The notes beneath the pieces were generated by a model. The model saw only the letters and a program-made list of their open reading frames with translations, did no database searches and was not told the origin of the DNA. A DNA stretch of 64,000 nucleotides from contig JBHLRP010000002.1 in NCBI GenBank assembly GCA_048882485.1, positions 150,606 to 214,605 of the forward strand. The letters run 5' to 3'. This DNA is from Candidatus Thorarchaeota archaeon (GTDB lineage Archaea > Asgardarchaeota > Thorarchaeia > Thorarchaeales > Thorarchaeaceae). The translations under genes were made by a program, and so were the position numbers. Shown here piece by piece: positions 1 to 7,612 of this stretch; position 1 is the first letter of the stretch, and the number at the start of each line of letters is the position of its first letter.

Positions 1-506
1 CCCTCTACGTAGCCTGCTAGGTCCTCTACTGGGTGACCCAACTCAAGCAATGCATGCTTCAGGAAACCCCTTTGACCTTCAACAACCAGAAATGACTTCT
101 CATCAATTCGTTCTTCTAGATATTCCTCTAGTTTCGTCTGAGCGCCAAGCTCTTCCGCGAGGTCTTCTTCTTCGCATTCTAAGATGAGATCTGGACCCTC
201 CATGTACAATGTGATCTGACCATATCTGGACATGTACTCAATGATTTCGCGTTTGATGTTGTCAGGAATGGGATACTTGGCATATTTCTCCAAGGCATCA
301 ATAACTTCTCTAGAAGTCATGCCCATTGCAGCAGAATTCCAGAGACTCAAGGGAGTAACTCGGTACGTATGTACATATTCTGGACTCTTCACGAGCTCAG
401 CAAATCTAGCCAGCGAATCCCGGGCTTCTTCATACTTGGGATTGTCCACTTCAAGAAGGACTGACTTGTCTGACTGCACTATCAGCGGATTCATTGGATT
501 GGGCAT
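1..506 (-). CDS. xpb: DNA repair helicase XPB/Rad25, N-terminal part (runs off window start)
   Basis: Manual translation from ATG at 506: MPNPMNPLIVQSDKSVLLEVDNPKYEEARDSLARFAELVKSPEYVHTYRVTPLSLWNSAAMG..., the XPB N-terminal (Helicase_C_3) signature; GAGGA RBS upstream; not in the ORF track because it is truncated. Confidence 0.85.
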   Translation of the reverse strand, partial: MPNPMNPLIVQSDKSVLLEVDNPKYEEARDSLARFAELVKSPEYVHTYRVTPLSLWNSAAMGMTSREVIDALEKYAKYPIPDNIKREIIEYMSRYGQITLYMEGPDLILECEEEDLAEELGAQTKLEEYLEERIDEKSFLVVEGQRGFLKHALLELGHPVEDLAGYVE

Positions 507-995
507 TCGTATTCCTCATACTGGATTAAATGGGTTACATTCCTTAACCTGGAATCATGGATTCGTGATTTGGAAACCGGAGGACGGCGAGATGACTTTA
601 AGATAAATCCTTCCGTCTGGCATCAAAATAAGTTCGCGTCACGCTGACCACAAATCCTTTATAGCTAATCTGAAGGGCTGAATCTGCATGACTCGAAAGG
701 AGGTGCAGTTCCATATGATGGCTATAGCATTGGTTAATGCAGTGGACACTTGCACCCGCGATGAGGGTGTCACATAGAACGACATCCGCTGTTTCTCTGT
801 GCTAGCATTCATTTCACGCATCGTGTATGTACTGCTCATTGATGCGCATTGCGTGGGGCTGGCTGTCTGCTGATATTGGTTTGATGTGCTTAGAATGAAA
901 GATGCGTACCAGCTCAGTCAATGAGAGTGAAATCAGAAGTTGAAAAATAAAACGAAACAACGAATCCTGGGCTCAGATTGCAGTAGGTGTGAATC

Positions 996-1832
996 GTGAG
1001 CCGAGTCGAAAAGCATAATCCTCTGAAGAGTGGCGTAATCGCTCAGAAGCGTGCTGCACTGAAGGGAGAAACCTCTGGTAGGATGACAGAGATCAAAGAG
1101 CTGACCTTTGACACGGTTCGTGAAGATGCGATACAATTTGGTCTTGCGACTGATGTCATCTACCAGATCAACGCTGGAAAGGAAGCCTCAATCTTCCTTG
1201 CTCAATGGAGAGGACACCATATAATCCTGAAAGCCTACCGGCTATGGCAATCCTCTCACAAGATGTCAAAGAAGAAGGGATACATTGCTCAGGGCACAGG
1301 CAAGAGGACATACTTCATCCTTGGAATGATGGAGGATTTAGCTGTCATGGAGTACGACTACCTCATGAACTGCTTCAGAGCAGGGGTTCACGTTCCCACT
1401 CCCATTGGTCGAGTTGGAAACTACCTCACAATGAGATTCATCGGCGATGGGACTCAGCCTGCTCCCCAACTCAAAGACGTCCATCTTGAGAATCCTGAAA
1501 CCGTTCTTAATCAGATACTGGACGACTATCTCCTAATGTATAGTAAAGCCCACTATGTCCACGGAGACCTCAGCAAGTACAATATACTCTGGTGGCAAGA
1601 CCGCCCTTGGATTATCGATGTTCCGCAAGCGGTCATCGTCAACAAGTGGTCTGATATGCTGATGGTTGAGAAGTTGCTCATGAGGGATATCAAGAATGTT
1701 CTAAGTCATTTCGAGAGCTACGACATTCATCGAGATCCAGATCATATCCTCGAGGTCTTCCTATCGGAGTATGTTCCTGAGAATCTGAAGAACTACAGAG
1801 AACTCGAGTCTGAAGGTATTGAGTTGCTGTAG
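996..1832 (+). CDS. RIO-family atypical Ser/Thr kinase, paralog 1
   Basis: Motifs GKEASIF, HGDLSKYNIL, IIDVPQAV, RDIKNV. Confidence 0.9.
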   Translation: MSRVEKHNPLKSGVIAQKRAALKGETSGRMTEIKELTFDTVREDAIQFGLATDVIYQINAGKEASIFLAQWRGHHIILKAYRLWQSSHKMSKKKGYIAQGTGKRTYFILGMMEDLAVMEYDYLMNCFRAGVHVPTPIGRVGNYLTMRFIGDGTQPAPQLKDVHLENPETVLNQILDDYLLMYSKAHYVHGDLSKYNILWWQDRPWIIDVPQAVIVNKWSDMLMVEKLLMRDIKNVLSHFESYDIHRDPDHILEVFLSEYVPENLKNYRELESEGIELL

Positions 1833-1849
1833 AGAGAGGAGGTGGCTGC

Positions 1850-2662
1850 TTGAGTCCTGGAGTGGTTGAGAAGTTCAATCCCAAGAAAACCAGCGCACTG
1901 ACATCGCAGCGCAGCTTGGAGCGTGGTCATCGAAGAGGCAGGCATGTGCCTATTCATGAGATAACTCTAGAGGCGGTTCGAAAGAACGCCATCCAGTTTG
2001 GACTCGCCACTGATCTCCTCTACCAGGTCAGTGCAGGAAAGGAGGCTTCAATTTTCCTTGCCCTGTGGAACGGGCACCCCCTTATTTTGAAGGCCTACAG
2101 GTATTGGACGTCAGCTCAAGCGCGGAAGAAGAAGGGGTACTTTGCACCAACACAGATGGAGGCATTGGCTGCAAAAGAGTTCGACATTCTAAGCCTTTGC
2201 TATAAAGCAGGGGTTCATGTCCCAACACCAGTTGGCAGGGTTGGTAACTATGTCACGATGCGATTCATTGGAGATGGCATAGATACAGCCCCACAACTTC
2301 GTGATGCTACACTTGAAGACCCCGAAGAAGCATTGGACCAGATTCTCGATGACTACTTCTTGATGTATACAAAAGTGCATTATATTCATGGAGACCTCAG
2401 CAAATACAACATTCTTTGGTGGCAGGGACGAGCCTGGATTATTGATGTTCCTCAGGCATATCGTGTCGATGCTTGGGCTAATATGGAACAGGTAGAAACG
2501 CTGCTTTCGAGAGACATTCGCAACGTTCTATCGTATTTCAAGAGATACGGCATACGAAGAGATGCCGATTATATTGCGGAGCAATTCATCTCAGAGTACA
2601 CACCCCATAACCTACGGAATTTTCAAGAATCCGTCGGCACGCCTTTATGGCGTAGAAGGTGA
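1850..2662 (+). CDS. RIO-family atypical Ser/Thr kinase, paralog 2
   Basis: GKEASIF, HGDLSKYNIL, IIDVPQA; TTG start preceded by GGAGGTG RBS. Confidence 0.9.
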   Translation: MSPGVVEKFNPKKTSALTSQRSLERGHRRGRHVPIHEITLEAVRKNAIQFGLATDLLYQVSAGKEASIFLALWNGHPLILKAYRYWTSAQARKKKGYFAPTQMEALAAKEFDILSLCYKAGVHVPTPVGRVGNYVTMRFIGDGIDTAPQLRDATLEDPEEALDQILDDYFLMYTKVHYIHGDLSKYNILWWQGRAWIIDVPQAYRVDAWANMEQVETLLSRDIRNVLSYFKRYGIRRDADYIAEQFISEYTPHNLRNFQESVGTPLWRRR

Positions 2663-2765
2663 ACCATTCCAGGCAATGAAAGTACAAGTTCTATACTCTC
2701 AGACTGTGCCCTATTGTCATTGTTTCACATCCCAAGGTTATTAGGAAACACCAATACATTACGAT

Positions 2766-2990
2766 ATGACAGACAGTGCTGACAAGTGGGTGGTCGTCAA
2801 CGGACGAGTCTTCAGACTCGAGCGTGTTGTTGATGAGGTCAGCACCGCGCTCCTTCTTCAGAGGACTCTTTCCGTACAATGTGACGTCCATCTGAAGCGT
2901 ACCGATGATGGAAGGTGGGCTATTTATTGGAGATCCAAGAAGGATAGCATCGAGTGTACACCAAGAGTTATGGTAAGTCCTGTGGAATGA
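2766..2990 (+). CDS. small hypothetical protein (74 aa)
   Basis: ATG ORF fills the gap after the RIO pair; globular beta-rich composition. Confidence 0.55.
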   Translation: MTDSADKWVVVNGRVFRLERVVDEVSTALLLQRTLSVQCDVHLKRTDDGRWAIYWRSKKDSIECTPRVMVSPVE

Positions 2991-3096
2991 AAAACAAAAA
3001 GAAAGTATGTTCGGAGTGGAGTCCACTCCGCGTTCATTTGGGTAGATAGCTTCTCTCCGGTCCAATGAAAGAGGGAAACAAATCTGGCGATCCTTA

Positions 3097-3513
3097 CTAG
3101 TCTACCTTGCGCAGCACAACCCTAGATACACCAGGTATCTTCCTGAGGCTCTCCTCAAGCTCCTTCAGTGTAACGACGAGCTGATCCGGTACAAAGTAAC
3201 ACTCGTAGTAGCATTTTTCGCCCCTGAGACAAACGCCAGTCGTGAATATGATGTCACTAAGCTTGGCATCGTTGAAAGCGAAGTTCAGCTGCTTCAAGAA
3301 GTTCCTTGATAGATCACTGATTTCAATTCGAAGCAGGTAAATATCATCGCTAGAAACCGGAAAGATCTTCATAACCCTGTCCTTGTGATGCAACACAGTC
3401 AGAGCCGCTCGCTCCCCAATATCGGCGACAAAATCTTGAGGAAATTCTACGGGCTTCCCCTCAGTGAAGTGAAGTATGATTGCGCTTGTTGCTCCCTCAC
3501 GGTCTATAGTCAC
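3097..3513 (-). CDS. hypothetical protein with probable C-terminal ACT-like domain
   Basis: C-terminus LEESLRKIPGVSRV and a beta-alpha-beta pattern resemble ACT; Cys cluster GVCLRGEKCYYECY. Confidence 0.65.
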   Translation of the reverse strand: MTIDREGATSAIILHFTEGKPVEFPQDFVADIGERAALTVLHHKDRVMKIFPVSSDDIYLLRIEISDLSRNFLKQLNFAFNDAKLSDIIFTTGVCLRGEKCYYECYFVPDQLVVTLKELEESLRKIPGVSRVVLRKVD

Positions 3514-3703
3514 GGTCTTTTACACGTCCTTTCAGGGTGTAGTACTCGGTGACATGACGTTCTCTCTTTATTAAAGATTCTGTCGTAAATGCCCGCGAAT
3601 CAGGCCCGCTTTGTTTAGAGAAGTGATTGTCCATTTCGTCGAAAAATGGGACACAAATCTATAATTACAGGGGTGTTGAAGGCAAAATTGGAGTCTGCTT
3701 TCC

Positions 3704-4417
3704 GTGAATCCACGTTTATCTCAATTTCTAGGTATCATTTTTCTCGTCATATGTCTTGCAATGTCCTATATCGTATACCAATCTACCGTTCAGGTTGGTG
3801 GAGATTTGGAGACGCTTATTACGTCGGGCATTATCGCATGGGGAATCCTTGGTTTGCCTGAATTGGCAATCGGACTTTGGCTCATCGTAAAGGGAACTCG
3901 AGATGCACGTGTAGGTGACATCTCTGGGAAGATTATTCCTCTTATACAGAAAGAAGGTCGAATTGGTGTGGCTGAAGCTGCAAAAGCGCTAGATGTAGGC
4001 CCCGCAGATGTCGCGGATGCCGTAGAGAAGCTAGCACGTAGACGTCTACCTCTCGTCTATCTAGATAGAGGGAAGAATGAGATTGTCAGTCCGTCTGCAG
4101 TATCCCTCGAAGAGAGTCTACTGCACCTGTTGCATGCACAGAGGCGAATGACTTTCGACCAAATCTCGAACGTTGCAAATGCAACCGATGATCAAATTGT
4201 TGAAGCTCTTGAACAGCTATCCAGTAAGGGCAGATTTAGGGGCACTATCGATAAGAATTCTCGAGTGGTCTATACATCGGAAGCAGTTGAGCAGCTGCCT
4301 AAGGCTGTTACTGCATGTCCAAATTGCGGTGGGCGACTTCCCGCTCCTATACTTCCTGGAGAAGAGGAATACTGCCCATTCTGCGGACATTCCATTGTCA
4401 ACCGCTTGGAAACCTAA
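3704..4417 (+). CDS. membrane protein with tandem PCI/DDRGK-like winged helices and C-terminal zinc ribbon
   Basis: Two N-terminal hydrophobic helices; two wHTH-like repeats (GRIGVAEAAKAL, RRMTFDQISNV...KGRFRGTID); CPNCG...CPFCG. Confidence 0.75.
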   Translation: MNPRLSQFLGIIFLVICLAMSYIVYQSTVQVGGDLETLITSGIIAWGILGLPELAIGLWLIVKGTRDARVGDISGKIIPLIQKEGRIGVAEAAKALDVGPADVADAVEKLARRRLPLVYLDRGKNEIVSPSAVSLEESLLHLLHAQRRMTFDQISNVANATDDQIVEALEQLSSKGRFRGTIDKNSRVVYTSEAVEQLPKAVTACPNCGGRLPAPILPGEEEYCPFCGHSIVNRLET

Positions 4418-4427
4418 TGCCGTGGTC

Positions 4428-5558
4428 TTATCTGTCCATATATGTCTCCCAGATGTCTAGAATATCACCATCAGAGGTTGCATAAAACCTACTCGAGAGA
4501 TTTGCTGCAAGGCATGAGTGGTTCGGCAGGATACTCACACGGTCTCCAGGAACGAGGCCTTTCAATGGAGACCCCTTGGCTATCTTCACTTTCCCATGTT
4601 CTTGAGAGAGTCCTGTTATGTCAGTGTTTTCTGCAAAGTCCCCTTCATGGTAATCGGAAATGACTTTCCCAAATCCACAATTCGGGAAGAGGTGCGTAGG
4701 TCCGGGATCCAATGAGAGTGCTGTTGCACCTGCATCGAGAATGATACGGTTTGGATATGCGCTTATGACACTCGAAAGGACTGACAGTGCGCAGTCGTAG
4801 GGCTTGCAAACACCTAGTGCCACTTGTGTATAGTCGAAGAAGACATAGCTACCTGGACGAACTTCTGTTATACCCTTCTTGATGGAGTCAGTCAACATCA
4901 TGGTGGGAGTTGAGCCGATGCTGACAATCTTTGGTGTAAGTGCTTTACTCCTTTTTCTCAAATCTCTGGCGAACTTGAGCATGACATTCTGTTCTTCCTC
5001 AGCGATAGCTTTGATTTCATCAATCGACCTGGCATAATAGGAATGGCCGCTATGGGTGAGGATTCCAGCGAAGTTCAGTCCTCGCGCCTTGTGGATTTTC
5101 TCAGCAAGAGCTAGGGAGCCCTTCCTCGTGGGATCTACACCACTTCGATGATAGCTGCAATCCACTTTGAGAAGTACATCTAGATCCTCCTTGGCTTTCC
5201 TGAATCTCGTCCTTAGTTCTTTGAGTGCAGCAGGATGGTCGATAATCACCCTAAATTTGACCTTGATGGCAAGTTTAGCGACGGAATTCATCTTGTCGGG
5301 GGCAAGGGGAACTGCCAACGTTATGTCATCAAATCCATTCTCTGCAAAGAACATTGCTTCGCCCATTGTTGATACTGTGATGCCCGACGCTCCATAGTTC
5401 CTTTGAATCTCCGCAATCTCAACACATTTGTGTGTCTTGACATGCGGTCTCAGAGCTACTTGATGTTCGCGTGCCTTATTTGCCATATTCTTGATGTTTT
5501 GGACGAGTCTGTCATAGTCAACCAAGGTCGCAGGCGTTATCAGATCATCAACGCGCAT
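4428..5558 (-). CDS. D-threonine aldolase/D-serine dehydratase-like PLP enzyme (alanine racemase fold)
   Basis: TPATLVD, LRPHVKTHK (PLP Lys), HSGHSY, GSTPT, EVRPGSYVFFD, SQEHG, PNHSC; ATG 5558 preferred over 5585. Confidence 0.9.
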   Translation of the reverse strand: MRVDDLITPATLVDYDRLVQNIKNMANKAREHQVALRPHVKTHKCVEIAEIQRNYGASGITVSTMGEAMFFAENGFDDITLAVPLAPDKMNSVAKLAIKVKFRVIIDHPAALKELRTRFRKAKEDLDVLLKVDCSYHRSGVDPTRKGSLALAEKIHKARGLNFAGILTHSGHSYYARSIDEIKAIAEEEQNVMLKFARDLRKRSKALTPKIVSIGSTPTMMLTDSIKKGITEVRPGSYVFFDYTQVALGVCKPYDCALSVLSSVISAYPNRIILDAGATALSLDPGPTHLFPNCGFGKVISDYHEGDFAENTDITGLSQEHGKVKIAKGSPLKGLVPGDRVSILPNHSCLAANLSSRFYATSDGDILDIWETYMDR

Positions 5559-5605
5559 GTCTTTTCCGAAGCAAAGGACCCTCAAAACCGTTGCTGTGCT
5601 GTCCC

Positions 5606-7027
5606 CTAAGTTATGCCATGTTGGTCGCCGCGGATTCTTCTTCTCAAACCAAGCCTTGCCTCATCTACCTTTGAAGCAATGCGACTCTTCTTGGGCCAAT
5701 ACTCCTTGATCTCCTCATATCCTTGGACATCCCAATACAATGGACAAGCTCCCAAGCAATAATCGAAATGAATACAGACCTTGCAGCCCTCAGCCGCAAA
5801 GTCTTTGCTCCTCCAGAATCTAGAGGCTCGATTGTTCCACACTCTCTCAAAGGATTCTTCTAGGAGATTGCCAACGGGGTCGCTGAAGCTCGAGCAAGGA
5901 AGAAGCCCGCCCTCGGGATCAACGGACAGTAAGCCATCACATGCGGCACAACTCTTTGCGCCCAGGCCCAGCGCAATAGGATTGAAAATGCATACTGGTG
6001 TAGGAGCATACCATACGAATTGCACTCCCTTCTTGTTTGCTCTCTTCTTCACTCCCTTCACAATCTCGCCAATGTCTTCATACTTGACCTGCAACTCGTC
6101 TCTCAACTTCGCGGCAGTGCCAGTATAGATGACCATGTTCATGCTGAAATAACTCAGTTCCAATTCATCGGCGATGAAATTAACCAGTTCTTCAAGTTTG
6201 TCAACATTAGGTCGACAGATTGTTGTATTGCAGTGAGTATAGATGTTCGTTTCTTTGAGGTTCTTGATTCCTTGAACTGTTTGCTCAAAGGATCCAGGCG
6301 CGCCTGCAATTTGGTCATGCGTCTTTGCATCAGGACCCTCGATTGATACCTGGGCACTGTTTAAATCCGCCTGGACTAGTCGTTCAACGAATTCTGGGTT
6401 TGCACATCGTCGGCCATTCGTGATGAGATTAACACGGAGTCCCTTTTCTCGGGCATAAGCTATCAGCTCAAATATGTCCTCGCGTAGAGTTGGCTCACCT
6501 CCGGTGAAAGAAAGACTTGGAACGTGGGCCTTGTCAACAATGGTGTCAATAATTCGCTTCACTTCGTCTGTGGTCATCTCTTTGGTTTCTCGATGCGGGG
6601 AGAATGCATAGCAGAATTGACATTCATTGTTACATCGATAAGTTAGTGCTATCTCGCTTAATACAGGATATTTGATATCTCCTTCCCCAAAGGGCACAAT
6701 TCTGGCGGTCTTGTATGAGTAGATGTTCTGATTTCCCATTACCATGCTCCGTAGGTCATCAACAAAGGCGGCTAGATCATTGAGCACTTGTTGTTCATCA
6801 GCTTCAAAGTTATTCACAAAGTAGTCTCTAACCTCTTTTGCTGTTGCACCATCAAGCAGCTTACGTAACATTGCAGTCCCAGTTTCGTTGAGGTGCATGA
6901 CCTTGTTAGGACGCAATATCAAGAGGTTATCTTGTGGTCTTACGAAGAAGTAATCCTTGACCTCATGCATGAAATTGGCTATCCAGCTGAGCTCCTCCAA
7001 TGTGTAGTCATACTGTGGCTGATGCAT
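5606..7027 (-). CDS. PqqD/RRE-radical SAM-SPASM peptide maturase
   Basis: N-terminal RRE-like LNETG..ML..LLDG.T..EV...; CNNECQFC (CxxxCxxC); FTGGEP; SPASM CAAC...PC...CKVC...CLGACP. Confidence 0.92.
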   Translation of the reverse strand: MHQPQYDYTLEELSWIANFMHEVKDYFFVRPQDNLLILRPNKVMHLNETGTAMLRKLLDGATAKEVRDYFVNNFEADEQQVLNDLAAFVDDLRSMVMGNQNIYSYKTARIVPFGEGDIKYPVLSEIALTYRCNNECQFCYAFSPHRETKEMTTDEVKRIIDTIVDKAHVPSLSFTGGEPTLREDIFELIAYAREKGLRVNLITNGRRCANPEFVERLVQADLNSAQVSIEGPDAKTHDQIAGAPGSFEQTVQGIKNLKETNIYTHCNTTICRPNVDKLEELVNFIADELELSYFSMNMVIYTGTAAKLRDELQVKYEDIGEIVKGVKKRANKKGVQFVWYAPTPVCIFNPIALGLGAKSCAACDGLLSVDPEGGLLPCSSFSDPVGNLLEESFERVWNNRASRFWRSKDFAAEGCKVCIHFDYCLGACPLYWDVQGYEEIKEYWPKKSRIASKVDEARLGLRRRIRGDQHGIT

Positions 7028-7054
7028 CGTTCGTGAGGGCTTAGCTGGAGGTGT

Positions 7055-7089
7055 CTTAAGGATTCGCCTACAACCTGAAAGGCTTATCA
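7055..7089. promoter_or_regulatory. back-to-back archaeal BRE/TATA-like promoters between the rSAM gene and the 7137 gene
   Basis: Minus strand CGAATC-CTTAAG about 28 nt before ATG 7027; plus strand GAAAGG-CTTATCA at 7077-7089. Confidence 0.45.
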
Positions 7090-7136
7090 GCCTCCATATA
7101 CGAGTACAGGCAAGACACGATGAAGGAGTGTGTCAT

Positions 7137-7529
7137 ATGAGTTCCGAGATAAAATTGCCATATGGAACAATCAGCAAGAAGAAGCTGATTATGCATTTCA
7201 GCGCCTTTGATATCGATTTGCCAGTGATTGCTGCTGGAATCAGAGAGAGGATGGATGTTCTGCGAGAGCTTGAGGTTGCTTTCGCAGGATTTGGAACTGA
7301 GATACCAGCAGAGATGACTGAGCAGACACCAGCCACGGTAAAGGCATTCTTTGAGTATGTGGGAAAGGGGACCGACGCTGATGTCATCCTCAAGCGCGTG
7401 TACCATCTCGTTTGGGGCGGCATGATTATGGAGTTTCCAGATCTTGACGAATGGGCGGCAGCCAAGGCGGACCTATCGAATTTAACGATTGCACAAGCAG
7501 ATGTACTGCGTGCGCAGCGTGGTGAATAA
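7137..7529 (+). CDS. hypothetical protein (130 aa)
   Basis: ATG 7137 after GGAGTG RBS; no recognised motif. Confidence 0.75.
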   Translation: MSSEIKLPYGTISKKKLIMHFSAFDIDLPVIAAGIRERMDVLRELEVAFAGFGTEIPAEMTEQTPATVKAFFEYVGKGTDADVILKRVYHLVWGGMIMEFPDLDEWAAAKADLSNLTIAQADVLRAQRGE

Positions 7530-7612
7530 TGGAGAACCCTTTGTGATGTGTTTAGTTGGAATTTCTAGCCAAAATGAATTGAATATGGGGACCGCTTGGA
7601 GTTGTTAATCAA

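Noticed and set aside
232-606. 124-aa plus-strand ORF and the many other short antisense or alternate-frame ORFs in the track
   Set aside because: They are shadows of well-supported genes (here xpb) and have no motifs
5606-7027. Naming the rSAM pqqE, ahbC/D or mftC
   Set aside because: No pqqA/B/C, heme-biosynthesis or mycofactocin genes nearby; the domain architecture alone is not specific
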